From Eledone cirrhosa (lineage: Eukaryota): 64,000 nucleotides of DNA. The position numbers and the translations under genes were made by a program. The stretch lies in contig OZ024744.1 of assembly GCA_964016885.1 (NCBI GenBank), forward strand, positions 32,178,001 through 32,242,000, read 5' to 3'. How positions within the stretch are numbered: position 1 is the stretch's first letter; the number at the start of each line of letters is the position of its first letter. This document shows, one piece after another, positions 19,679-34,600 of this stretch. Below the pieces are notes generated by a model. The model worked only from the letters and a program-made list of their open reading frames with translations, was not told the DNA's origin and did not search any database.

Positions 19679-22600
19679 AGAGAGCCACTCCAGGTAGAGC
19701 TGCTACATCTCCGAATTGGGAGATCACAGATCCGATACTATGGACATCTGGTTAGAATGTCTCAGGAGATCAGAGAGACAATCCAGGTAGAGCTGCTACT
19801 TCCCCGAATTGAGAGATCACAGATCCGATACTATGGACATCTGGTTAGAATGTCTCAGGAGATCAGAGAGTCACTCCAGGTAGAGCTGCTACTTCCCCGA
19901 ATTAAGAGATCACAGATCCGATACTATAGACATGTGGTTAGAATGTCTCAGGAGATCAGAGAGACAATCCAGGTAGAGCTGCTACTTCCCCGAATTGAGA
20001 GATCACAGATCCGATACTATGGACATCTGGTTAGAATGTCTCAGGAGATCAGAGAGACAATCCAGGTAGAGCTGCTACTTCCCCGAATTGAGAGATCACA
20101 GATCCGATACTATGGACATCTGGTTAGAATGTCTCAGGAGATCAGAGAGTCACTCCAGGTAGAGCTGCTACTTCCCCGAATTAAGAGATCACAGATCCGA
20201 TACTATAGACATGTGGTTAGAATGTCTCAGGAGATCAGAGAGACAATCCAGGTAGAGCTGCTACTTCTCTGAATTGAGAGATCACATCTCTGATATTATG
20301 GACATGTGGTTAGAATGTCTCAGGAGATCATAGAGTCACTCCAGGTAGAGCTGCTACTTCTCCACATTGAGAGATCACAGATCCGATACTATGGACATCT
20401 AGTTAGAATGTCTCAGGAGATCAGAGAGTCACTCCAGGTAGAGCTGCTACTTCCCCGAATTGAGAGATCAAAGATCCGATACTATGGACATGTGGTTAGA
20501 ATGTCTCATGAGATCAGAGAGTCACTCCAGGTTGAGCTGCTACTTCTCCGAATTGAGAGATCACAGATCCGATACTATGAACATCTGGTTAGAATGTCTC
20601 AGGAGATCAGAGAGTCAATCCAGGTAGAGCTGCTACTTCCCCGAATTGAGAGATCACAGATCCGATACTATGGACATGTGGTTAGAATGACTCAGGAGAT
20701 CAGAGAGTCATTCCAGGTTGAGATGCTACTTCTCCGAATTGAGAGATCACAGCTCTGATACTATTGATATGTGGTTAGAATGTCTCAGGATATCAGAGAG
20801 TCACTTCAGGTAGAGCTGCTACTTCTCTGACTTGAGAGATCACATCTCTGATACTATGGACATGCGGTTAGAATGTCTCAGGAGATCAGAGAGTCACTCC
20901 AGGTTGAGCTGCTACTTCTCCGATTTAAGAGATCACAGCTCCCATACTATGTACATCTAGTTAGAATGTCTCAGAAGATCAGAGAGTCACTCCAGGTAGA
21001 GCTGCTACGTCCCCTAATTGAGAGATCACAGATCCGATACAATGGACATGGGGTTAGAATGGCTCGGGAGATCAGAGAGTCATTCCAGGTAGAGATGCTA
21101 CTTCCACGAATTGAGAGATCACAGATCCGATACCATGGGCATGTGGTTAGAATGTCTCAGGATATCAGAGAGTCACTCCAGGTTCAGCTGCTACTTCTCT
21201 GATTTAAGAGATCACAGCTCTGATACTATGGACATGGGGTTAGAATATCTCAGGAGATCAGAGGGTCACTTCAGGTAGAGATGCTACTTCTCTGAATTGA
21301 GAGATCACAGATCCGATACTATGGTCATGGGGTTAGAATGTCTCAGGAGATCAGAGAGTCACTTCAGGTAGAGTTGCTACTTCTCTGAATTGAGAGATCA
21401 CAGATCCGATACTATGGTCATGTGGTTAGAATGTCTCAGGAGATCAGAGAGTCACTCCAGTTAGAGCTGCTACTTTTTCCGAATTGAGAGATCACAGATC
21501 TTATACTATGGACATGTGGTTAGAATGTCTCAGGAGATCAGAGAGTTATTCCAGGTTGAGCTGCTACTTCTCCGAATTGAGAGATCACAGATCCGATACT
21601 ATGGACATGTGGATAGAATGTCTCAGGCGATCAGAGATTCACTCCGGGTTGAGCTGCTACTTCTCCAATTTAAGAGATCACAGCTCCCATACTATGTACA
21701 TCTGGTTAGAATGTCTCAGGAGATCAGAGAGTCACTTCAGGTAGAGTTGCTACTTCTCTCAATTGAGAGATCACAGATCCGATACTATGTACATGTGGTT
21801 AGAATATCTCAGGAGATCAGAGAGTCACTCCGGGTTGAGTTGCTACTTCCCCGAATTGAGAGATCACAGATCTGATACTATGGGCATGTGGTTAGAATGT
21901 CATCAGGAGATCTGAGAGTCACAGCAGGTAGAGCTGCTACTTCTCCGAATTGAGAGATCACAGATCTGATACTATGGACATCTGGTTAGAATGTCTCAGG
22001 AGATCAGGGAGTCATTCCAGCTAGAGCTGCAACTTCTCTGAATTGAGAGATCACAGATCTGATACTATTGACACGCGGTTAGAATATCTCAGGAGATCAG
22101 AGAGTCACTTCAGGTAGAGATGCTACTTCTCTGAATTGAGAGATCACAGATCCGATACTATGGTCATGGGGTTAGAATGTCTCAGGAGATCAGAGAGTCA
22201 CTCCAGGTAGAGATGCTACTTCCCCGAATTGAGAGATCACAGACCCGATACTATGGACATGTGGTTAGAATGTCATCAGGAGATCTGAGAGTCACTCCAG
22301 GTAGAGCTGCTACTTCTCCGAATTGAGAGATCACAGATCTGATACTACGTACATGCGGCTATAATATCTCAGGAGATCAGAGAGTCACTTCAGGTAGAGA
22401 TGCTACTTCCCCGAATTGACAGATCACAGCTCTGATAATATGGACATGTGGTTAGAATGTCTCAGGAGATCAGAGAGTCACTCCAGGTAGAGATGCTCCT
22501 TCCCCGAATTGAGAGATCACAGATCCGATACTATGGACATCTGGTTAGAATGTATCATGCGATCAGAGAGTAAATCCAGGTAGAGATGCTACTTCTCCGA

Positions 22601-25600
22601 ATTGAGAGATCACAGCTCTGATACTATGGACATGTGGTTAGAATGTCTCAGGAGATCAGAGAGTGACTCCAGGTAGGGCTGCTACTTGTCTGAATTGAGT
22701 GATCACATCTCTGATACTTTGGACATGTGGTTAGAATGTCTCAGGAGATCAGAGAGTCACTCCGGGTTGAACTGCTACCTCTCCGAATTAAGAGATTACA
22801 GCTCCGATACTATGGACATCTGGTTAGAATGTCTCAGGAAATCAGAAAGTCACTCCAGGTAGAGCTGCTACTTCCCCGAATTGAGAGATCACAGATCCGG
22901 TACTATGGATATGTGTTTAGAATGTCTCAGGAGATCAGAGAGTCAATCCAGGTAGAGCTGCTACTTCCCCGAATTGAGAGATCACAGATCCGGTACTATG
23001 GATATGTGTTTAGAATGTCTCAGGAGATCAGAGTGTCACTCCAGATAGAGCTGCTATTTCCCCGAATTAAGAGATTACAGATCCGATACTATGGACATCG
23101 GGTTAGAATGTCTCAGGAGATCAGAGAGTAACTCCAGGTAGAGCTGCTACTTCCCCGAATTGAGAGATCACAGATCCGATACTATGGGCATGTGGTTAGA
23201 ATGTATCAGGAGATCAGAGAGTCATTCCAGGTTGAGCTGCAACTTCTCCAAATTGAGAGATCACAGCACTGATACTATTGATATGTGGTTAGAATATCTC
23301 AGGAGATCAGGGAGTCACTCCAGGTAGAGCTGCTACTTCTCCGAATTGAGAGATCACAGATCTGATTCTATTGATATGTGGTTAGAATGTCTAAGGATAT
23401 CAGAGATTCACTCCAGGTAGATCTGCTACTTCTCTGAATTGAGAGATCACAGACCCGATACTATGGACATCTCGTTAGAATGTCTCTGGAGATCAGACAG
23501 TCACTCCAGGTAGAGCTGCTACTTCCCCGAATTCAGAGATCAAAGATCCGATACTATTGATATGTGGTTAGAATGTCTCAGGATATCAGAGAGTCACTTC
23601 AGGTACAGCTGCTACATCCCCGAATTGAGAGATCACATCTCTGATACTATGGACATGTGGTTAGAATATCGCAGGAGATCAGAGAGTCACTCCGGGTTGA
23701 GCTGCTACTTCTCCGATTTAAGAGATCACAGCTCCCATACTATGTACATCTGGTTAGAATATCTCAGAAGATCAGAGTGTCACTCCAGGTAGGGCTGCTA
23801 CATCCCCGAATTGAGAGATCACAGATCTGATACTATGGACATGGGGTTAGAATATCTCAGGAGATCAGAGACTCACTTCAGGTTGAGTTGCTACTTCTCT
23901 GAATTGAGAGATCACAGATCTGATACTATGGTCATGAGGTTAGAATGTCTCAGGAGATCAGAGAGTCACTCCAGGTGGAGCTGCTACTTCTTTGAATTGA
24001 GAGATCACAGCTCCGAGACTATGGACATGTGGTTAGAATGTCTCAGGGGATCAGAGAGTTAATCCATGTAGAACTGCTACTTCTCCAAATTGAGAGATCA
24101 CTGCTCCAATACTATACACATGGGGTTAGAATATCTCAGGAGATCAGAGAGTCACTTCAGGTAGAGGTGCTACTTCTCTGAATTGAGAGATCACAGATCC
24201 GACACATTGGTCATGTGGTTAGAATGTCTCAGGAGATCAGAGAGTCACTTCAGGTATAGCTGCTACTTCTCCGAATTGAGAGATCACAGCTCTGATACTA
24301 TTGATATGTGGTTAGAATGTCTCAGGATATCAGAGAGTCACTTCAGGTAGAGTTGCTACTTCTCTGAATTGAGAGATCACAGCTCCCATACTATATACAT
24401 CTGGTTAGAATGTCTCAGAAGATCAGAGAGTCACACCAGGTAGAGCTGCTACGTCCCCGAATTAAGAGATCACAGATCCGATACTATGGACATCTGGTTA
24501 GAATGTCTCAGGAGATCAGGGAGTCACTCCCGGTAGAGCTGCTACTTCCCCGAATTGAGAGATCACAGCTCTGATACTATGGACATCTGGTTAGAATGTC
24601 TCAGGAGATCAGAGAGTCACTCCGGGTTGAACTGCTACCTCTCCGAATTAAGAGATTACAGCTCCGATACTATGGACATCTGGTTAGAATGTCTCAGGAA
24701 ATCAGAAAGTCACTCCAGGTAGAGCTGCTACTTCCCCGAATTGAGAGATCACAGATCCGGTACTATGGATATGTGTTTAGAATGTCTCAGGAGATCAGAG
24801 AGTCAATCCAGGTAGAGCTGCTACTTCCCCGAATTGAGAGATCACAGATCCGGTATTATGGACATGTGTTTAGAATGTCTCAGGAGATCAGAGTGTCACT
24901 CCAGGTAGAGCTGCTATTTCCCCGAATTAAGAGATTACAGATCCGATACTATGGACATCGGGTTAGAATGTCTCAGGAGATCAGAGAGTAACTCCAGGTA
25001 GAGCTGCTACTTCCCCGAATTGAGAGATCACAGATCCGATACTATGGGCATGTGGTTAGAATGTCTCAGGAGATCAGAGAGTCACTCCAGGTTGAGCTGC
25101 AACTTCTCCGAATTGAGAGATCACAGCACTGATACTATTGATATGTGGTTAGAATGTCTCAGGAGATCAGGGAATCACTCCAGGAAGAGCTGCTACGTCC
25201 CCGAATTGAGAGATCACAGATCCGATACTATGGACATCTGGTTAGAATGTCTCAGGAGATCAGGGAGTCACTCCCGGTAGAGCTGCTACTTCCCCGAATT
25301 GAGAGATCACAGCTCTGATACTATGGGCATGGGGATAGAATGTCATCAGGAGATCTGAGAGTTACTCCAGGTAGAGCTGCTACTTCTCCAAATTGAAAGA
25401 TCACAGATTTGATACTATGTACATGCGGCTAGAATAACTCAGGAGATCAGAGAGTCACTTCAGGTAGAGATGCTACTTCCCTGAATTGAGAGATCACATC
25501 ACTGTGACTATGGACATGTGGTTAGAATGTCTCAGGAGATCAGAGAGTCACTCCGGGTTGGGCTGCTACTTCTCCGAATTAAGAGATTACAGCTCCGATA

Positions 25601-28600
25601 CTATGGACATCTGGTTAGAATGTCTCAGGAGATCAGAGAGTCACTCCAGGTAGAGGTGCTATTTCCCCGAATTGAGAGATCACAGATCCGATAATATGCA
25701 CATCTGGTTAGAATGTCTCAGGAGATCAGAGAGTCAATCCAGGTAGAGCTGCTACTTCCCCGAATTGAGAGATCACAGATCCGGTACTATCGACATGTGT
25801 TTAGAATGTCTCAGGAGATCAGAGTGTCACTCCAGGTAGAGACTCTACTTCTCTGAATTGAGAGATCACAGCTCTGATACTATGGACATCGGGTTAGAAT
25901 GTCTCAGGAGGTCAGAGAGTCACTCCAGGTAGAGCTGCTACTTCCTTGAATTGAGGGATCACAGAACGGATACTATGGGCATGTGGTTAGAATGTCTCAG
26001 GATATCAGAGAGTCACTGCAGGTAGAGCTGTTACTTGTCTGAATTGAGAGATCAAAGATCCGATACTATTGATATATGGTTAGAATGTCTCAGGATATCA
26101 GAGAGTCACTTCAGGTAGAGCTGCTACTTCTCTGAATTGAGAGATCACAGATCTGATTCTATTGATATGTGGTTAGAATGTCTCAGGATATCAGAGAGTC
26201 ACTCCAGGTAGAGCTGCTACTTCCCCGAATTGAGAGATCACAGATCCGATACTATGGGCATGTGGTTAGAATGTCTCAGGAGATCAGAGAGTCATTCCAG
26301 GTTGAGCTGCTACTTCTCCGAATTGAGAGATCACAGCACTGATACTATTGATATGTGGTTAGAATGTCTCAGGAGATCAGGGAGTCACTCCAGGTAGAGC
26401 TGCTACTTATCCGAATTGAGAGATCACATCTCTGATTCTATTGATATGTGGTTAGAATGTCTCAGGATATCAGAGATTCACTCCAGGTGGATCTGCTACT
26501 TCTCTGAATTGAGAGATCACAGACCCGATACTATGGACATCTGATTAGAACGTCTCAGGAGATCAGAGAGTCACTCCAGGTAGAGCTGCTACTTCCCCGA
26601 ATTCAGAGATCAAAGATCCGATACTATTGATATATGGTTAGAATGTCTCAGGATATCAGAGAGTCACTTCAGGTAGAGCTGCTACTTCTCTGAATTGAGA
26701 GATCACAGATCTCATTCTATTGATATGTGGTTAGAATGTCTCAGGATATCAGAGAGTCACTCCAGGTAGAGCTGCTACTTCCCCGAATTGAGAGATCACA
26801 GATCCGATACTATGGGCATGTGGTTAGAATGTCTCAGGAGATCAGAGAGTCATTCCAGGTTGAGCTGCTACTTCTCCGAATTGAGAGATCACAGCACTGA
26901 TACTATTGATATGTGGTTAGAATGTCTCAGGAGATCAGGGAGTCACTCCAGGTAGAGCTGCTACTTATCCGAATTGAGAGATCACAGATCTGATTCTATT
27001 GATATGTGGTTAGAATGTCTCAGGATATCAGAGAGTCACTCCAGGTAGAGCTGCTACTTCTCTGAATTGAGAGATCACATCTCTGATACTATGGACATGT
27101 GGTTAGAATGTCTCAGGAGATCAGAGAGTAACTCCGGGTTGAGCTGCTACTTCTCCGATTTAAGAGATCACAGCTCCCATAGTATGTACATCTGGTTAGA
27201 ATATCTCATAAGATCAGAGAGTCACTCCAGGTAGAGCTGCTACTTCTCCGAATTGAGAGATCACATCTCTGATACTATTGACATGCGGTTAGAATATCGC
27301 AGGAGATCAGAGAGTCACTTGAGGTAGAGATGCTACTTCTCTGAATTGAGAGATCACAGATCCGATACTATGGACATGGGGTTAGAATGTCTCAGGAGAT
27401 CAGGGAGTCACTCCAGGTATAGATGCTACTTCCCAGAATTGAGAGATCACAGATCCGATACTATGGACATCTGGTTAGAATGTCTCAGGAGATCAGAGGA
27501 GTCACTCCAGGTAGAGCTGCTGCTTCTCTGAATTGAGAGATCACAGATCTGATACTATGTACATGTGCTTAGAATATCTCAGGAGATCAGAGAGTCACTC
27601 CAGGTAGAGCTGCTACTTCTCCGAATTGAGAGATCACAGATCCGATACTATGGACATCTGGTTAGAATGTCTCAGGAGATCAGAGGAGTCACTCCAGGTA
27701 GAGCTGCTACTTCCCCGAAATGAGAGATCACAGCTCTGATACTATGGACATGTGGTTAGAATGTCTCAGGATATCAGAGAGTCACTTCAGGTAGAGCTGC
27801 TACTTCCCCGAATTGAGAGATCACAGCTCTGATACTATGGACATGTGGTTAGAATGTCTCAGGATATCAGAGAGTCACTTCAGGTAGAGCTGCTACTTCC
27901 CCGAAATGAGAGATCACAGCTCTGATACTATGGACATGTGGTTAGAATGTCTCAGGAGATCAGAGAGTCATTCCAGGTAGAGCTGCTACTTCCCCGAATT
28001 GAGAGATCACAGCTCTGATACTATGGACATGTGGTTAGAATGTCTCAGGATATCAGAGAGTCACTTCAGGTAGAGCTGCTACTTCTCTGAATTGAGAGAT
28101 CACATCTCTGATACTATGGACATGGGTTAGAATGTCTCAGGAGATCAGAGATTCACTCCGGGTTGAGCTGCTACTTCTCCGATTTAAGAGATCACAGCTC
28201 CCATACTATGTACATCTGGTTAGAATGTCTCAGAAGATCAGAGAGTCACTCAAGGTAGAGCTGCTACGTGCCCGAATTGAGAGATCACATATCCGATACT
28301 ATGGGCATGTGGTTAGAATGTCATCAGGAGATCTGAGAGTCACTCCAGGTAGAGTTGCTACTTCTCCGAATTTAGAGATCACAGATCCGATACTATGCAC
28401 ATCTGGTTAGAATGTATCATGAGATCAGAGAGTCAATCCAGGTAGAGCTGCTACTTCTCCGAATTGAGAGATCACAGCTCTGATACTATGGACATGTGGT
28501 TAGAATGTCTCAGGAGATCAGAGAGTCACTCTGGGTTGAGCTGCTACTTCTCTCCGAATTAAGAGATTACAGCTCCGATACTATGGACATCTGGTTAGAA

Positions 28601-31600
28601 CGTCTCAGGAAATCAGAGAGTCACTCCAGGTAGAGCTGCTACTTCCCCGAATTGAGTGATCACAGATCCGGTACTATGGATATGTGTTTAGAATGTCTCA
28701 GGAGATCAGAGTGTCACTCCAGGTAGAGCTGCTATTTCCCCGAATTGAGAGATCACAGATCCGATAATATGGACATCTGGTTAGAATGTGTCAGGAGATC
28801 AGAGAGTCAATCCAGGTAGAGCTGCTACTTCCCCGAATTGAGAGATCACAGATCCGGTACTATGGACATGTGTTTAGAATGTCTCAGGAGATCAGAGTGT
28901 CAATCCAGGTAGAGCTGCTATTTCCCGAATTAAGAGATTACAGATCCGATACTATGGACATCGGTTTAGAATGTCTCTGGAGATCAGAGAGTCACTCCAG
29001 GTAGAGCTGCTACTTCCCCGAATTGAGAGATCACAGATCCGATACTATGGGCATGTGGTTAGAATGTCTCAGGACATCAGAGAGTCATTCCAGGTTGCGC
29101 TGCTACTTCTCCGAATTGAGAGATCACAGCACTGATACTATTGATATGTGGTTAGAATGTCTCAGGAGATCAGGGAGTCACTCCAGGTAGAGATGCTACT
29201 TCTCCGAATTGAGAGATCACAGATCTGATTCTATTGATATGTGGTTAGAATGTTTCAGGATATAAGAGATTCACTCCAGGTAGAGCTGCTACTTCTCTGA
29301 ATTGAGAGATCACAGACCCGATACTATGGACATCTGGTTAGAATGTCTCAGGAGATCAGACAGTCACTCCAGGTAGAGCTGCTACTTCCCCGAAATTCAG
29401 AGATCAAAGATCCGATACTTTTGATATGTGGTTAGAATGTCTCAGGATATCAGAGAGTCACTTCAGGTAAAGCTGCTACTTCTCTGAATTGAGAGATCAC
29501 ATCTCTGATACTATGGACATGTGGTTAGAATGTCTCAGGAGATCAGAGAGTCACTCCAGGTTGAGCTGCTAATTCTCCGATTTAAGAGATCACAGCTCCC
29601 ATACTATGTACATCTGGTTAGAATATCTCAGAAGATCAGAGAGTCACTCCAGGTAGAGCTGCTACGTCCCCGAATTGAGAGATCTCAGATCTGATACTAT
29701 GGACATGCGGTTAGAATATCGCAGGAGATCAGAGAGTCAATCCAGGTAGAGCTGCTACTTCTCCGAATTGAGAGATCACAGAATCCGATACTATGGTCAT
29801 GGGGTTAGAATGTCTTAGGGGATCAGAGAGTCACTCCAGGTATAGATGCTACTTCCCCGAATTGAGAGATCACAGATCCGATACTATGGACATCTGGTTA
29901 GAATGTCTCAGGAGATCAGGGAGTCACTCCAGGTAGAGCTGCTACTTCTCCGAATTGAGAGATCACACATCTGATACTATGTACATGTGGTTAGAATATC
30001 TCAGGAGATCAGAGAGTCACTCCAGGTAGAGCTGCTACTTCTCCGAATTGAGAGATCACACATCTGATATTATATACATGGGGTTAGAATATCTCAGGAG
30101 ATCAGAGACTCACTTCAGGTTGAGTTGCTACTTCTCTGAATTGAGAGATCACAGATCTGATACTATGGTCATGTGGTTAGAATGACTCAGGAGATCAGAG
30201 ATTCACTCCAGGTAGAGCTGCTACTTCTTTGAATTGAGAGATCACAGCTCCGATACAACGGACATGTGGTTAGAATGTCTCAGGGGATCAGAGAGTCACT
30301 CCAGGTAGAACTGCTACTTCTCCGAATTGAGAGATTACAAATCCGATACTATGGACATGTGGTTAGAATGTCTCAGGAGATAAGAGGAGTCACTCCAGGT
30401 AGAGCTGCTGCTTCTCTGAATTGAGAGATCACAGATCTGATACTATGTACATGTGGTTAGAATGTCTCAGGAGATCAGAGACTCACTTCAGGTTGAGTTG
30501 CTACTTCTCTGAATTGAGAGATCACAGATCTGATACTATGGTCATGTGGTTAGAATGTCTCAGGAGATCAGAGAGTCACTCCAGGTAGAGATGCTACTTC
30601 TTTGAATTGAGAGATCATAGCTCCGATACTATGGACATGTGGTTAGAATGTCTCAGGGGATCAGAGAGTCACTCCAGGTAGAACTGCTACTTCTCCGAAT
30701 TGAGAGATCACTGCTCCAATACTATACACATGGGGTTAGAATATCTCAGGAGATCAGAGAGTCACTTCAGGTAGAGTTGCTACTTCTCTGAATTGAGAGA
30801 TCACAGATCCGATACATTGGTCATGTGGTTAGAATGTCTCAGGAGATCAGAGAGTCACTCCAGGTAGAGCTGCAACTTCTCCGAATTGAGACATTACAGC
30901 TCCCATACTATGGACATGTGGTTAGAATGTCTCAAGAGATCAGAGAGTCACTCCAGGTAGAGCTGCAACTTCTCCGAATTGAGACATTACAGCTCCCATA
31001 CTATGGACATGTGGTTAGAATGTCTCGGGAGATCAGAGAGTCACTCCAGGTAGAGCTGGTACATCTCCGAATTGAGAGATCACAGCTCTGATACTATTGA
31101 TATGTGGTTAGAATGTCTCAGGATATCAGAGAGTCACTTCAGGTAGAGTTGCTACTTCTCTGAATTGAGAGATCACAGCTCCCATACTACGTACATCTAG
31201 TTAGAATGTCTCAGAAGATCAGAGAGTCACACCAGGTAGAGCTGCTACGTCCCCGAATTGAGAGATCACAGATCGGATACTATGGACATCTGGTTAGAAT
31301 GTCTCAGGAGATCAGGGAGTCACTCCAGGTAGAGCTGCTACTTCCCCGAATTGAGAGATCACAGATCCGGTACTATGGATATGTGTTTAGAATGTCTCAG
31401 GAGGTCAGAGTGTCACTCCAGGTAGAGCTGCTATTTCCCCGAATTGAGAGATCACAGATCCGATAATATGGACATCGGGTTAGAATGTCTCTGGAGATCA
31501 GAGAGTCACTCCAGATAGAGCTGCTACTTCCCCGAATTGATAGATCACAGATCCGATACTATGGGCATGTGGTTAGAATGTCTCAGGACATCAGAGAGTC

Positions 31601-34600
31601 ATTCCAGGTTGCGCTGCTACTTCTCCGAATTGAGAGATCACAGCACTGATACTATTGATATGTGGTTAGAATGTCTCAGGAGATCAGAGAGTCACTCCAG
31701 GTAGAGATGCTACTTCTCCGAATTGAGAGATCACAGATCTGATTCTATTGATATGTGGTTAGAATGTTTCAGGATATAAGAGATTCACTCCAGGTAGAGC
31801 TGCTACTTCTCTGAATTGAGAGATCACAGACCCGATACTATGGACATCTGGTTAGAATGTCTCAGGAGATCAGACAGTCACTCCAGGTAGAGCTGCTACT
31901 TCCCCGAAATTCAGAGATCAAAGATCCGATACTTTTGATATGTGGTTAGAATGTCTCAGGATATCAGAGAGTCACTTCAGGTAGAGCTGCTACTTCTCTG
32001 AATTGAGAGATCACATCTCTGATACTATGGACATGTGGTTAGTATGTCTCAGGAGATCAGAGAGTCACTCCAGGTAGTGCTGCTACTTCTCCGAATTGAG
32101 AGATCACACATCTGATATTATATACATGGGGTTAGAATATCTCAGGAGATCAGAGACTCACTTCAGGTTGAGATGCTACTTCTCTGAATTGAGAGATCAC
32201 AGATCTGATACTATGGTCATGTGGTTAGAATGACTCAGGAGATCAGAGATTCACTCCAGGTAGAGCTGCTACTTCTTTGAATTGAGAGATCACAGCTCCG
32301 ATACAATGGACATGTGGTTAGAATGTCTCAGGGGATCAGAGAGTCACTCCAGGTAGAACTGCTACTTCTCCGAATTGAGAGATTACAAATCCGATACTAT
32401 GGACATGTGGTTAGAATGTCTCAGGAGATAAGAGGAGTCATTCCAGGTAGAGCTGCTGCTTCTCTGAATTGAGAGATCACAGATCTGATACTATGTACAT
32501 GTGGTTAGAATGTCTCAGGAGATCAGAGAGTCACTCCAGGTAGAGATGCTACTTCTTTGAATTGAGAGATCACAGCTCCGATACTACGGACATGTGGTTA
32601 GAATGTCTCAGGGGATCAGAGAGTCACTCCAGGTAGAACTGCTACTTCTCCGAATTGAGAGATCACTGCTCCAATACTATACACATGGGGTTAGAATATC
32701 TCAGGAGATCAGAGAGTCACTCCAGGTAGAGCTGCTACTTCTCTGAATTGAGAGATCACAGATCCGATACATTGGTCATGTGGTTAGAATTTCTCAGGAG
32801 ATCAGAGAGTCACTCCAGGTAGAGCTGCAACTTCTCCGAATTGAGACATTACAGCTCCCATACTATGGACATGTGGTTAGAATGTCTCAGGAGATCAGAG
32901 AGTCACACCAGGTTGAGCTGCTACGTCCCTGAATTGAGAGATCACAGATCGGATACTATGGACATGTGGTTAGAATGTCTCAGGAGATCAGAGCGTCACT
33001 TCAGGTAGAGATGCTACTTCCCCGAATTGAGAGATCACAGCTCTGATAATATGGACATGTGGTTAGAATGTCTCAGGAGATCAGAGAGTCACTCCAGGTA
33101 GAGCTGCTACTTCTCCGAATTGAGAGATCACAGATCCGATACTATGGACATCTGGTTCGAATGTCTCAGGAGATCTGAGAGTCATTCCAGGTTGAGCTGC
33201 TACTTCTCCGAAATGAGAGATCGCAGCTCTGATACTATGAACAGGCGGTTAGAATGTCTCAGGAGATCAGAGAGTCACTCCAGGTTGAGCTGCTACTTCT
33301 CCGATTTAAGAGATCACAGCTCCCATACTATGTACATCTAGTTAGAATGTCTCAGAAGATCAGAGAGTCACTCCAGGTAGAGCTGCTACGTCCCCGAATT
33401 GAGAGATCACAGATCCGATACTATGGACATCTGGTTAGAATGTCTCAGGAGATCAGGGAGTCACTCCCGGTAGAGCTGCTACTTCCCCGAATTGAGAGAT
33501 CACTGCTCCAATACTATACACATGGGGTTAGAATATCTCAGGAGATCAGAGAGTCACTTCAGGTAGAGTTGCTACTTCTCTGAATTGAGAGATCACATCT
33601 CTGTTACTATGGACATGTGGTTAGAATGTCACAAGAGATCAGAGAGTCACTCCAGGTTGAGCTGCTACTTCTCCGAATTGAGAGATCACACCTCCCATAC
33701 TATGTACATCTGGTTAGAATGTCTCAGAAGATCAGAGAGTCACACCAGGTAGAGCTGCTACGTCCCCAAATTGAGAGATCTCATATCCGATACTATGGGC
33801 ATGGGGATAGAATGTCATCAGGAGATCTGAGAGTCACTCCAGGTAGAGCTGCTACTTCTCCGAATTGAGAGATCACATCTCTGTTACTATGGACATGGGG
33901 TTAGAATATCTCAGGAGATCAGAGACTCACTTCAGGTAGAGATGCTACTTCCCAGAATTGAGAGATCACAGATCCGATACAATGGACATGTGGTTAGAAT
34001 ATCTCAGGAGATCAGAGAGTCAGTCCGGGTTGAGCTGCTACGTCCCCTAATTGAGAGATCACAGATCCGATACTATGGACATGGGCTTAGAATGGTTCGG
34101 GAGATCAGAGAGTCATTCCAGGTAGAGATGCTACTTCAACGAATTGAGAGATCACAGATCCGATACTATGGACATCTGGTTAGAATGTCCCAGGAGATCA
34201 TGGAGTCACTCCAGGTAGAGTTGCTACTTCTCTGAATTGAGAGATCACAGATCCAATACTATGGTCATGTGGTTAGAATGTCTCAGGAGATCAGAGAGTC
34301 ACTCCAGGTTGAGCTGCTACTTCTCCGAATTGAGAGATCACAGATCCGATACTATGGACATGTGGTTAGAATGTCTTAGGAGATCAGAGAGTCACGTCAG
34401 GTAGAGTTGCTACTTCTCTGAATTGAGAGATCACAGATCCGATACTATGTACATGTGGTTAGAATGTCTCTGGAGATCAGAGAGTCAATCCAGGTAGAGC
34501 TGCTACTTCCCTGAAATGAGAGATCACAGATCCGATACAATGGACATGTGGTTAGAATGCCTCAGGAGATCAGAGAGTCATTCCAGGTTGAGCAGCTACT

